Notes: generated by a model from the letters alone, not told the origin. Positions 13,126-26,290 are shown, numbered from the stretch's first letter. The stretch: 64,000 nt of DNA from Octopus sinensis (GCF_006345805.1 NC_042998.1:1054001-1118000), one strand, 5' to 3'. Made by a program: numbers and translations.

Positions 13126-13341
13126 CATGCGTATAATAAGTGATGACCACTAAGTGGACATCCAATATGCTAGAAGAAGATTATATACGACCTAAGTACA
13201 AAGAAAAGAATGTTCTCTAGAGAAATTCACCAAACACAAGAACAGTTCTCTAGAGAACATTCTTTTCTTTGTAGTTAGGTCGTAGATGATCTTCTAGCAT
13301 ACTGGATGTCCACTTAGTGGTCAACACTTATTATATGCATG
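13126..13341. repeat. Fold-back inverted repeat (~95-bp arms, ~25-bp spacer)
   Basis: CATGCGTATAATAAGTG..GAATGTTCTCTAGAGA and its reverse complement at 13247-13341; TA on both outer sides. Confidence 0.9.
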
Positions 13342-13358
13342 TATATATATATAGACAG

Positions 13359-13408
<50 letters not shown>

Positions 13409-13412
13409 ATAT

Positions 13413-13474
<62 letters not shown>

Positions 13475-13476
<2 letters not shown>

Positions 13477-14200
13477 GTTTCTTTATTGGCCACACAGGGC
13501 TGCACACAGATGGGACAAGTTACAAGGTAGAGCTTTTCTTTTGGGGGATGAAAAAAAGGGGGTGGCGTAGGTTTTCGATCAAGAGGGATCGTAAAAGGGA
13601 AGAAAAGAACAAAGAAAAAAAGAAAAAAATAGAATAAAAAATAAAAAGAATAAAAGAAAGAAAAAAAAGAAAGGGAAAGGAACAAAAGAAAGGAGAAATG
13701 AAAAAAGAAGAAAAAGGGGAAAAAAAGGGGGAAGAGGAAAGAAAAAAAAAGGAACGATCAATAGGGATCATGTATCACAGTGTTATGATATCTGGTGTAA
13801 AGGGGAAAGCAAGTAATGTTTATCCGTGGGAAGAAAAGCCTACGAAAACGACCACGGTAATCTTGGTCAATATTGTTATATGTTACTACATTTGTTTGCA
13901 AGTGGGTACCCTCTGTTTTCAATTTCTGGGTTCATAGGATTATGCTCAAGGTGGCTTCGTCATTCATACGTGCCATCCTTGCTACATTCACCCATCTTTC
14001 GCTAAACAAAACTTGCCTCTCTACTCTCACTTTCCTTTTCAAGTGGTACTTGAAGAAGTTGATGAGAGATTGACCAGAGAGGAAAGTGTTTGTCTCCAAT
14101 CCTTTCAGACGCGTCCACCAGATACATTCTTTCGCCATAGCCACAAGGATGATGAGAATAGCTCTTCCTTCCCGTTTGAAGGAAGGAGGCGTGACAATAT

Positions 14201-14201
<1 letters not shown>
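13475..14201 (-). mobile_element. Tx1-like (L1 clade) LINE 3' fragment inside (GATA)n
   Basis: [31 protein letters not shown] resembles the Tx1-type ORF2 C-terminus; pyrimidine-rich 3' UTR ending GCCAATAAAGAAAC; (GATA)n on both flanks. Confidence 0.72.
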
Positions 14202-14420
<219 letters not shown>

Positions 14421-14644
14421 GAAATAAATGTGATATCCAAAGTTCGAAGTGTAGGAAGAAAGTGAACTTCAAGCAATCCGGAGAAAAAAAATTACTTTCA
14501 GGAACAACAATGGTTTATTGGAGCAGAAGGTTGTGGATTGTTTTCGTATCGAAGTACGATAAGCTGAAAAAAAGTAATTATATATTTCACGGTACGCAGC
14601 CAGGTATGGGAATAAAAATCCAAGAGTTGAGGAATGCAGTAGAT

Positions 14645-14959
14645 AAAATCCGGGCTACACATGTTTCATAGCGAGCGAAACCTCGGAAGTGATAAATATT
14701 CAAGCGAGGTGTATATCGCAGGCTACTCGTCAGGTCAAGGGTATCTTGATTAAATGAAGTTTACAATGTCGTTAAGGGACCTATTTCAACACATGGAGGA
14801 TTCGATCAGAATGCATGGAGATCACAGTTTGAATGGGGAATCAAATTTCTTTTGATCATGATACTCTTGGTCTGAAGAGTAACCTGCGGTATACTCCTCG
14901 CTTGGATATTTACCACTTCCAAGGTCCGCTCGCTACGAAACATATGTAGCCTGGATTTT
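14645..14959. mobile_element. MITE-like element with ~85-bp imperfect TIRs
   Basis: AAAATCCGGGCTACACATGTTTCATAGCGAGCG..CGCAGGCTACTC (14645-14729) matches the reverse complement of 14877-14959. Confidence 0.8.
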
Positions 14960-15097
14960 GTGCGTGTTTGTGTCTGTCTGTCTGACTGACTGTCTGTCTG
15001 TCTGTCCGTCTATCTGTCTGTGTATGCATGCAAGTGTGTATGTGTAAAAGTGCTTTTGTTCGGTAAGTTGGCATATCAGTACACATCAAATTTACCT

Positions 15098-15376
15098 TAC
15101 TCTTTTACTCTTTTACTTGTTTCAGTTATTTGACTATGACCATGCTGGGGCACTGCCTTTTTTTTTAGACGAGCAAATCGAACCCAGGACTTATTCTTTG
15201 TAAGCTTCGTACTTATTCTATCGGTCCCTTTTGCCGAACCGCTAAGTTGCGGGAACGTAAACACACCAGCATTGGTTGTCAAGCGATGTTGGGGGACAAA
15301 CACAGACCCACAAACACACACACACTCACACACACACACACATACATACATATATATATATATATAATATATATAT

Positions 15377-15419
<43 letters not shown>

Positions 15420-15632
15420 CGCAGCTCTGAGCTGAAACAAGAAAAAAGAACAATATATATATATACATATATTCGACGGGCTTCTTTCTGTTTCCGTCAA
15501 CCAAATCCACTCACAAGCTTTGGTCGGCCCGAGGCTATAGCAGAAGACATTTGCCCAAGGTGCGACGCAGTGGGACTGAAACCGGAACCATGTAGTTGGT
15601 AAGCAAGCTACTTACCACACAGCCACTCCTAC
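15098..15632 (-). mobile_element. tRNA-derived SINE family S2 with internal microsatellite and CR1-type tail
   Basis: Head GTGGTAAGTAGCTTGCTTACCAAC..GGTTCAGTCCCACTGCG; core GCCTCGGGCCGACCAAAGC..GGATTTGG; internal (TA)(CA); tail CAGCATGG..ACTGAAACAAGTAAAAGAGT. Confidence 0.9.
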
Positions 15633-15665
15633 AAATATAATAAAGTAAAGCTACCTATAAATATA

Positions 15666-15700
<35 letters not shown>

Positions 15701-15754
15701 TAAAGAGAGAGAAAGAGAGAGAGAGAGTGTGTGTGTGTATGACTAGGTTTAGTT

Positions 15755-15856
15755 ACAAAGCTTTGGTCGGTCAGGGGCTATAATGGAAGACGCCCAAGAT
15801 ACCGCGCAGTGGGACAGAACCGAAGACCATATTGCTGGAAAGCACTCAACCACACA
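15755..15856 (-). mobile_element. SINE S2 head fragment
   Basis: Matches the S2 head. Confidence 0.65.
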
Positions 15857-16699
15857 CAGATAAATAGACAAATAGACAGAAAGAGAGAAAGAGAGAAACA
15901 TTGATTGCGAGATTGATAAATCGATTGTCTTGACACCTGATGTCCTTGGCCTGATTGTCTGACAGCTAAGGGCACCAAGAGTGGTTGGATTTAGTTATCA
16001 ATTAATAGTCTGATTACATTTATTGTCCAATGTAATCTCTGTTCTACATTTGTTAACGGTAATGAACTTCCGTTGCTAATACTCCAACATGTCTAGTCTA
16101 AGTAAAATAGTGTTGATAAAATTTCTTTTGAGAGGATGTGATGTTTATTTATCAATTATTTGTTAACAAGTAAGGTGGTCTTAGGCGCCGTATGGCAAAG
16201 TGTAAGTTACAGCCATCTACAGACGGTTATTGATTCACAGTTGAAAGCCCCTTCACTACACAACCGATATTAATTTTCTAAGGAAGCATATTAACATGAC
16301 ATGAAAAACAATGTAAAATTGTTTTGTGCTATCCCTACGATCAAAATCGCTTTAGCGACCGTACTGTCATTTGGTGTACTAGAGACTGCATTGTCTAATA
16401 TGGCATTCATTTTTTTAAAGACGATAATATATCATTTTTTTTTTTTTTTTTATTTGAAAGAAAATGTTTATACGATCTCTGACAGATTGATTCACTGCAT
16501 TGAAGTTCCTTCGTTGGCCCGTATAAAGCACAATAGATTGCGTCTATAGTATAGACGCAAACTACTCTGCTTTGTACGGTCGTGATACGTTTTACTATAG
16601 ACTCTATAGTAAAATTTATCACACCCTGACAGTAATTGATATCGCAGTAACAGGAGTAGAGCCTCAACGCCTTTTAGATAATCGACATGATAATAATGG

Positions 16700-16895
16700 T
16701 TTCAAATTTCGGTACAAGTTCAGGGGAGGGGGTAAATTGATTTTATTGATCCCAGTGTTCAACTGATACTTATTTTATCGACTCCGAAAGGATGAAAAGT
16801 CAACTTCGGCGGAGTTTGAACTCGGAACGTAAAGACGGATGAAATGCCGCTTAGCGTTTTTCTCATCGTGCCATCGATTCTGCAAGCTCACCGCC
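16700..16895 (-). mobile_element. SINE S1
   Basis: Head, B-box-like motif and core present. Confidence 0.85.
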
Positions 16896-17191
16896 TTATA
16901 TCAACATGATAATAATAACGGCTTTCCGTCTCTGTTGGGAAGGTAGGCAGTATCTATGACCCTTTACAAGGTCTTAGAGAATAGTGTGAGGCAGGACTCA
17001 AAAAAGCCGGAACAAATATTGTAAGGCATTCTGTCCAACATCCTTACACTTTGAAAAAGTGAATAGAAATGGATTTTCTGATATTTTTACCATTCTAATT
17101 ATTAGATGTTTATAAGTTTACAAAAGGTTATAAACATCTAATTATTAAAGTGGAAAAATTATCAGAGAAGCCATCTCTATTCATTTTTCAA

Positions 17192-17228
<37 letters not shown>

Positions 17229-17247
17229 TACATATATGTGTGTGTGT

Positions 17248-17417
17248 GACGGGTTTCCACGCAGTTTCTGTCTATCAAATTCACTCACAAGACATTGGTC
17301 GGTTCAAGATTATTGTATTGTGGTAGGAGGCACTTGCTCAAGGTGCCGCGCAGTGGGACTGAACCAAAAGCTGCTCGGTTGTAAAACGAGCTTCTTATCC
17401 AAACATCCGTGCCTGCT
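17248..17417 (-). mobile_element. SINE S2 5' portion
   Basis: Matches S2 head and core. Confidence 0.75.
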
Positions 17418-17814
17418 CCTTAAATAGAAAACGAATACACAAATGCTAAAAGGTTTGGTGATCGTTTAGAAATCCTGTTGTGAGTGACGTTACATGATGA
17501 ATAATTTCCGGTTTTGTTGTGGATAATATGAATAATCATTTCTTTTGTTTTCATTTTTATGTCAAATTAAAATTGACGATCTTCAATTTCAGGCATTGAC
17601 TAGTGTTTGTAGTTTAATTATATCAGCAGAATCAGATTTGGAAATGGTGGACTGTGTGCTTGATAACCTTTGAAAGTAACATGATGAATGGACTGTGTTG
17701 AAAACGTGCCACAGAATCAAGGACCATTTTTCGGTAACTCTTACGTAGTTGAAAGAGGTGAGGCGAGGCCCATAAATGCTCAGGTCTTCCTTCCAGGAGG
17801 AATAAAGCGATGTA

Positions 17815-17982
17815 TTATTATTGTTGTTGTTGTTATTGTTATTATTACTATTACTGTTGTTATTTTGTTCTTGTTATTGTTGATTATGCTGTTGTTCTTA
17901 CTGCTGTTAATGGTGTGGCTGGTGTGTTTGTTGTTGTTGTTATTGGTGGTGGTGGTGGTGGTGCTGCTGCTGGTGCTGCTGC

Positions 17983-18028
<46 letters not shown>

Positions 18029-18030
18029 AA
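17815..18030. repeat. Compound trinucleotide tract (ATT/GTT/GGT/GCT)
   Basis: Direct inspection. Confidence 0.9.
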
Positions 18031-18302
18031 GCAACAAGACGGGTAAGGGTGATTAGGTGATGGCCTAGGGCTTAGGGGCGGGAGACCCCAGACCTTGGAA
18101 AAAAAACTTTGGTCGTCTTGTAGTCAAGGGCTCTTCTTTGACGCCCGACACCACTGGATGATGGCCCTCGAAGTCGCTGGAAATGGAGATCTCCAGATCC
18201 AAATTCTTGAACGGCTGCTGCTGTTCAGCTGAAGTTTGATCAAATACATTCATCCTCCTCTCTATAACATTTTTTCAAACATTATATTTTTAAAAATCTT
18301 AT

Positions 18303-18692
18303 ATCTTTTCCGTGCTTCAGTTATTGGACTGTGGCGATGTTGGGGCGCCACCTTGAAGTGTTTGATTTAACAAATCTCCCCCAGTAATTCCTTTTTAAGT
18401 TTAGTTCTTATTCTATCGGTCTTTTTGTCGAACATCTAAGTTACGGTGACATTAACAAACCAACACTGGTTATTAAGTGAGGGTGACGAGGACAAACGCA
18501 AAGACATACACACATATATATACATATATACGACAGGTTCGACGCATTTGCCGTTTACTGAATTCCCTCAGAAAATATCGGTCGCCCCGGAACTTTAGTA
18601 GGACATACTTGCCTGAGATACCGAGCAGTGGGACCGAACTTGGACCGCATGATTGCAAAGCGAGGTTCCTAACCACACAGACATACCTGCAC
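18303..18692 (-). mobile_element. SINE S2, diverged
   Basis: Head, core and tail all recognisable. Confidence 0.8.
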
Positions 18693-19338
18693 TTCAGACT
18701 ATCTCATCCAATGTACCCTGACCGTTTATAAGGTGCCAACGTTGTTCCAGAGAGATTAACCGGCTGTTTTTAGTAGGTTGAGCAGCGGTTTACAGGCTTT
18801 GAACCATGGCTCACGCTCCAGCTTGGTATGGTTGATATGCATAATATTTAGCCTGATACTGGCAGGAAAATCGTACAGGGTGAAGAATTTTCAGAGATAC
18901 ACAGTTATGGGCTGGATTTGACAAGTACTTAGAAGAATCGACAAAAGAAGAGACAGCTGCATCGGATAGATTTATCATACATTTGGCAATTTGTGATGAA
19001 CCTAAAGGTCACTGCAATAAGGGGAAAGAGGCAGGAATAGAAGAATGTACAGTGTATAGGTAAACAATGAGGACAAGTCTTCTTATGAATGATTTATTGC
19101 ATTTTTTTTTATGGATTCAGAATGTGAACGTGCAAGAAGGCAATGTATCATCAATTAGCCAGTGGATCTATCTCTATAATATTGCTTCTCATAAGAGAAA
19201 CAACTGTAAGCTAATGAAGACGATTACGTAGCTCTTTTCTTTTGGCCATTCACGAGTTGAGACTCTCCTGATTCATTCTTTTAAAGCATTGAGTTCGAAA
19301 AACTGGTTATCAATATCGCTATGCCTTAGCGAAATCAC

Positions 19339-19374
<36 letters not shown>

Positions 19375-19394
19375 GTGTGCATTTCAAATGGTAT

Positions 19395-19573
19395 GTACCT
19401 GTATTTCAAAGGGCCAGCCTTTCACACTCTGTGTCCCGCAGAATCCCTGAGAACTACGTTAGGGGTACACGTGTCTGTGGATTGCTCATTCACTTATACG
19501 TTAATTTCATGAGCAGGCTGTTCCGTTGATCGTATCAGCTGGGATCCTCGTCGTTGAAACCGATGGAGTGCTC
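19395..19573 (+). mobile_element. SINE S4 3' portion
   Basis: GTACCTGTATTTCAAAGGGCCAGCC..CCGATGGAGTGC matches 2916-3095. Confidence 0.8.
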
Positions 19574-19574
19574 C

Positions 19575-19582
19575 TATGTATG

Positions 19583-19616
<34 letters not shown>

Positions 19617-19666
19617 TGTATGTATGTATGTATGTATGTATGTATGTATGTATGTATGTATGTATG

Positions 19667-19700
<34 letters not shown>

Positions 19701-19726
19701 TGTATGTATGTATGTATTTAAGTATG

Positions 19727-19760
<34 letters not shown>

Positions 19761-19960
19761 TGTATGTATGTATGTATGTATGTATGTATGTATGTATGTA
19801 TGTATGCATGTATGTATGTATGTATGTATGCATGTATGTATGTATGTATACATGTATGTATGTATGTATGTATGTATGTATGTATGTATGTATGTATGTA
19901 TGTATGTATGTATATGCATACAGACGTACGTATGCACGCACGTACATACATACATACAAA
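19575..19960. repeat. (TATG)n microsatellite, ~380 bp
   Basis: Direct inspection. Confidence 0.97.
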
Positions 19961-20129
19961 CATATGTACGTGTATGCATACATAAGCAGTGAATGCTCAT
20001 AGCCACGCGGTAGCATTTTGCCTTCTCCATTGCAATCGTTTGTTGTTGGTTCGTTTCCTGAACTGGACGGGGAATGGCGCATTTTTCAGTCTACTCAGGT
20101 AAAAATGAATGCCAACTGACTACTGGTGC

Positions 20130-20190
<61 letters not shown>

Positions 20191-20596
20191 TCTCTCTCCA
20201 GGTGTCCCCCTTGATGTCCTCTTGGTCCAAGGGAGGCATAGTAGGGAGGTTGCCTATACTTGCTTGTGACTGCATCGGTACTTAAAACAAGCAGAGAAAG
20301 CATGACATATGCTACCAATCTTTATTCAGTTTTGATGTGGGAGTCTGTATCATTGGGTTACAAATCTGTATATTTTGTTTCTGTATACACTTTTAATGTG
20401 GTGTCATAAAGATACGAGTGAAATCATTAGAACTACTTTCTGCAACGTTTAAGACCATGAAAAATGTGTGTGATGTTAGCCCAGCACTGAATTTTATGAA
20501 GAGGTTGACAGCTTACACGAAAGACAGGCATTGAATTCTTTCTATTGATTTTGAAGAATTTCCAGATATTTTGTTAATTCTGTTCAAATCAACATA

Positions 20597-20857
20597 TACT
20601 CTCTCTTTACTCTTTTACTTGTTATAGTCATTTGACTGTGGCCATGCTAGAGTACCGCCTTTTTTTAGTCGAGCAAATCGACCCCAGGACCTATTCTTTG
20701 TAAGTCTAGTACTTATTCTATCGGTCTCTTTTGCCGAACCGCTAAGTTACGGGGACGTAAACACACCAGCATCGGTTGTCAAGCGATGTTGGGGGGACAA
20801 ACAGACACACAAGCACATACACACACACACACGCATACACACACACACACAGATATA

Positions 20858-20929
<72 letters not shown>

Positions 20930-21076
20930 TTTTCAGTTTCCGTCTACCAAACCCACTCACAATGCTTTGGTCGGCCCGAGGCGATAGTAGAAGATACTTA
21001 CCCAAGGTGCCACGCAGTGGGACTGAACCCGGAACTATGTGGTTGGTAAGCAAGCTACTTACCACACAGCCGCTCC
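20597..21076 (-). mobile_element. SINE S2, full length
   Basis: Close match to 15098-15632. Confidence 0.92.
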
Positions 21077-22149
21077 TTATGTGAATTATTTTCCTAAATT
21101 CTTTCATCTTCAATGTAGATCGATGACAGGAATGAAACCGAATGAAAGCTCTTTAAACTTGAAACGTTTGTCTACTCTTCAGGACCAGAAGATTGCATAC
21201 AATGCAGTCATCAGGATTGATTTAATATCGGTTTCAAATTTTTGCACAAGGCCAGCAAGTTCGTGGGTGAAGGTGAGTCGATTACATCCACCCCAGTGCT
21301 CAACTGCTACTTACTTTAAAGAACTGAAAAACACTACGGATAATTCAGTCCTATGTAAGGGACGGGATGGTCATAGCTGGAACGTCTTTGATAATAGAAC
21401 TGGTTTGGATGACAATCAACAACAACAACCCCTTAAAAAAAAGGGGCTGAAAGAGAGAAAGCCTTCTCTTAAAATACATTGCTTGAATGAGCGCTGCATT
21501 GGTTATGGCAGAGAAAAATATATTTGCAGGTTGAAAAAATACTAGTTACGAGGGAAATCTGGTAATCGCCATAAGGCCACAGGCATTCACTATTTTCTGT
21601 TAAAGACTGAAAACAAGAGATAGGAAAAGAGAATCTGGAATTATCGTTCCTTTATCTATAATGAATGATAAAAAAAGTTATTGCCTAGATTAGAAACCTT
21701 TACACACATACACACACGTACAACTACATACGCATATACACAAACGCACGCATATAGCTGTGTGTACATAGCGGATAAATGTATGTATGTATGTGTATTG
21801 TATATATTATGTATGTATGTATGTGGTGTGTGAGTGTGTGTGTGTCCTTTCGTGCATGTGTGTGTGCGGTATATGTACACATTAATGTACGACACGCCTA
21901 CACAGTTCGTCTTCTCCGCTGTCCTCCTTCTTATAGCCATGCACATTCCCCTATCCCAAATGGCATATTAAACACTTGTTCGCTTACGTTTCTCCACTGC
22001 CCTCACTGTTCCCAAGAACTAACTCACGTACAACATCCCTCGTTACTGAACGAACAAATTCTTAAAGTCTAATTGAAAAGCCTATACATTACAATACATG
22101 TCAGTTTCCATGTTAATTACTTTTTGTTGTTATGTTTACGCATGAATAT

Positions 22150-22229
22150 ATATAATATACACACACACACACACACACTCACACATTTATATATACGTGT
22201 ATGTGTGTGCATATATCTATCTATCTATC

Positions 22230-22268
<39 letters not shown>

Positions 22269-22315
22269 TCACACATTTATATATACGTGTATGTATGTGC
22301 ATATATCTATCTATC

Positions 22316-22347
<32 letters not shown>

Positions 22348-22533
22348 TATATGTATATATATATATACATGTTATATATATATATACATGTTTATATATA
22401 TATATACATGTTTATATATATACACACATGTATATATATAACATATATATATATATATACTACATATAATATATATATAATATATATATAATATATATAT
22501 ATATAATACATACATATATATATATATGTGTAT

Positions 22534-22588
<55 letters not shown>

Positions 22589-22620
22589 TATATATATGAA
22601 TATAACTACACATACTCACG
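22150..22620. repeat. Compound (CA)/(TA) tract with a ~60-bp duplication
   Basis: CACACTCACACATTTATATATACGTGTATGT occurs twice. Confidence 0.9.
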
Positions 22621-23476
22621 CACATTTACTTTCTTTCTAGATTATTTGTGGATTGTTTACCAGTACATTATGTCGAAAAGACGCTTAATACTGTGAATGT
22701 ATCAGTTTTCTATAACAAGTTTTATTGGTAGGAACAGCATTATTATTTTTTTCTTGTATAAAAATCCGTTGTGTAGGCGTGCAGCTCTGCCCTTTTTTTC
22801 ATACACCAAGATATTATTTTTTGTTATATTTGAAATAATTCTATAGTATATTCGACTCTTGAAAATTCGCAACATTGCAAATCTTTTACTGACAACATAC
22901 TTTTATACTGTCCTCAGAAATATACATATATGAAATTCTTGTATTCGACATCTGTTTTTAAATTATTTCAATGTCGTGTTTGCAAGTATTGGAGACGTTT
23001 GTCGTATTCTGTAGTTGCGATTTTGTTATTCAACCGACACCTCGTTCGCTACTGTTGAAGCATTATCACCATTAGCAGACGACACGCTTTATTTGCTTTT
23101 TCTTTCTCACTTATTTTCCTCAAACCAATATTGATGCTCCGGGTTAAGTGTCTCCCTTCGTATTTCTTCTCTCTTTTTTTCTGTTTCTTTTCTCTTGCTT
23201 ATTTTGTATTCCTGTTTGCCTTCCCTCCTTCAGTCTTTCCTATAATTCGGATCTTACAACAATGTCCCTGAACTACAAAACGTGTAGATATTATTACCAC
23301 TCTTTGACAATTGATAAGAAGTTAGTTTCTCTTCTATCTACACATTCTCATTCATCTGCAGCACACGGATCCATAAATACATATGTGCACACCTATATAC
23401 AAGAATAAATACATGAGTCATGAATTAAAAATCACATGAATAAGTACCAGAGAGAAAAGGGAATATATGCAACCAT

Positions 23477-23524
<48 letters not shown>

Positions 23525-24338
23525 TCACGATTCCTCCTCTGTTTCTGAATGTTCACTTCAAACAACAAATATCACCGCCTTCAAATACATGCGAATACAA
23601 CCACAGTTAAATGTGTTTACTACTTCGTATACATACATAGAAATGCTTTCCTACTTATTCTAAGTAATATTATGGACTAATAAATTTGATGAATTGCTGC
23701 TGTCTACAAAGAAAAGAGCGCGTGCATGGGTAAGATAAAAAGGCGGGAAATGTCTGAGGAAGAAAAAAAATATCCCAACATATTCTTTATTTAGTAAGAT
23801 AATATGTCACAAAGTGGGTGGTTTTTGCTGCTTTTCTGTGTTCAATACGAAACATACATGCGAAATTATAGAATATTAAAAAAAATGTTCTTTTTGCTAA
23901 TGTGTTTATTTCTGGAAAATGATTAATTTTCAGCGTCCTGGGATATATCATTTACAGTCATGTTACCTTAAATGCGTCTCTTAAAAATATTTGGTTACAT
24001 CCCTCCTCTTATCTTGTTTAATATATTGCCTAACATGTTCCTTGGAAGCACTTTAAGAAAACACAGCCACTGTTTTGTATGGTGATATAACTAGTTAGCA
24101 AAAATGTAAGAAGAATTGATACAAAGCCACTGGATATCTCACAGTTCGATATTTGTTTCATATTTGGAGAAGAAAATGATCAGAGGTGTTCCAATATTTG
24201 GATGTTACCGAATTGGATGTTACCTCAATAATCTCTCTCTCTCCCTCTCTGTATGTAAGTGTTGTGTGTGTGTGTGTGTTTCTGCATATATATGTGTATG
24301 TATATGTATATGTGTATTATATATATATATTATATATA

Positions 24339-24411
<73 letters not shown>

Positions 24412-24415
<4 letters not shown>

Positions 24416-24700
24416 AGGCTTAGTGGTTAGAAGCATTCGGTTCATGATCGTAAGGTCGTGAGTTCAAATCCCCGGCGACGCGTTGTGTCCTTGAGCAAGA
24501 CACTTTATTTCACGTTGTACCAGTCAGATCAGCTGCCAAAAATAAGGAGTACCTGTACTTCAAAAAGCTAGCTTTGTCCTATTCTGTGTCACGCTGAATA
24601 TCCCTGAGAGCTACGTGTCTGTGGAGTGCTCGGCTACTTGCACGTTAATTTCAGGAGCAGGCTTTTACGTTGAGCCGATCACTGGAGCCTCGTCTCGACC
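24412..24700 (+). mobile_element. SINE S4
   Basis: GTGAAGGC..TAGTGGTTAG head, GAGTTCAAATCCC, core TGTCCTTGAGCAAGACACTTT. Confidence 0.85.
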
Positions 24701-24764
24701 TAACCTAATAGGACTCAGCAAATCTTTGCTGATCCTAATTATAATATATATATATATATATATA

Positions 24765-24830
<66 letters not shown>

Positions 24831-24856
24831 CATATGTGTATATGTTTTTCTTTTTT

Positions 24857-25197
24857 TTGTTTCAATAATTTTGACTGCGGCCCTGCTGGAGCACCGCCTT
24901 TAGTCGAATAAATCGACCCCAGGACATATTCTTTATAAGCCTAGTATTTATTCTATCGGTCTCTCTTTTGCCGAGCCGCTAAGTTACGGGGACGTGAACA
25001 CACCAACATCGGTTGTCAAGTGATGGTGAGGCGACATACATAGACACACAAACATATATACGCACATATACATAGATATATACGACGGGCTTCTTTCAGT
25101 TTCCGTCTACCAAATCTTCTCACAAGGCTTTGGTCGGCCCGAGGCTATAGGAGTAAGCACTTGCTCAAGGTGCCACGTAGTGCGACGGAACCCGGAA
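24857..25197 (-). mobile_element. SINE S2, head-truncated
   Basis: Core and tail match S2. Confidence 0.85.
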
Positions 25198-25204
25198 AGC
25201 CAGG

Positions 25205-26290
25205 AAAATCAGAGTGAACGGACAAAGGAGGAAAGATCACCAAGTCTACACTGGAAGTAGGAGGAAGGGAAAGGGATTTCTGGGACAGGAGAATGGGAAA
25301 ATGGTCGGTATGCGCGCGCGTGTGTGCGTGTATATGTTAGGCATGAGTGCGTAGACGGAGTGAGAATGTGTGTATGTGTGTGTGCACATGTGTATGGGTT
25401 CGTATGTGTGTGTCTCTCTCTCTGTCAATCTGTCTCTCTCTGTATATAGATGTGTGTGTACGTGTGTGCGTGCAGGGATGTGTGTGTGTCTGTGTGCGTG
25501 TGAGTATGTGTGAGTGTCTACGTGCGTGTGATTGTGGGTGTGTATGGCACTGTATGTATGTACGTGCGTGTATATGTGTGCGTTTTGTGTGTCTGTGTTG
25601 TGTGCGTGGATGGTTATGTGTGTGGAGATATATGTGCGTTCATGTGTCAGTGCGTGCATGTGTGTGTGTGCGTGTGTGCACGCGTGAGAGGGAGAAAGGG
25701 GTGAGGTGGAGTGAGTGTGTGGGTGCGTTGGTGTAGCCAAGGGTGTGGGTATTATGTGTGCGAGCGTGTGTGTGTATGCGTGTGTATTGAAGTGTGTGTG
25801 CGCACGCATGTGTGTGTGCACGTGTGTGGGGTGTGTGTACGTATGTGTTGTCGCGCTCACGCGTTTCTGCGTGTGGTGTTTGTGTATGTGTTTGTGTGTG
25901 CGCGCGAGGATGTGTGTGGAGTGTGGTATAGGAATATAAAAATAAAAAATAATACAAATAAATAATGAAAACTAAAAATTATTAATGATAAAAAATAAGT
26001 TAAAAAGATTATGAGAAAAAATCAGTAACAGAAATAAATAAGTTTAAAAAATCTGTAACAGAAAAAATGGTTAACAAAAATAAATAAAAAATAAAACATA
26101 AAGAACGAAAATAAAATAATAAAAAACTAAACGAAGAAAAAGTAAGATAGTATGAAATGACTTTTAAAAAAGGAGGCTGGGGAAAGTCACTGAGAGGTGG
26201 ATGTTGTGTCGAGTCCAAAAGGAGTTTGAGTCCGTAGAGTGAACATTTAACGCTGTTCCAGGCAGAGTCTAGAGTTGGTGGATCCAATTA
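25205..26290 (-). mobile_element. Probable PLE 3' remnant (GIY-YIG C-terminus + CA-rich 3' region)
   Basis: 26190-26285 translates GSTNSRLCLEQR*MFTLRTQTPFGLD, resembling the PLE terminal R..EQ..I..L.T..P.GLN motif; followed by a cryptic (CA)-rich tract. Confidence 0.4.
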
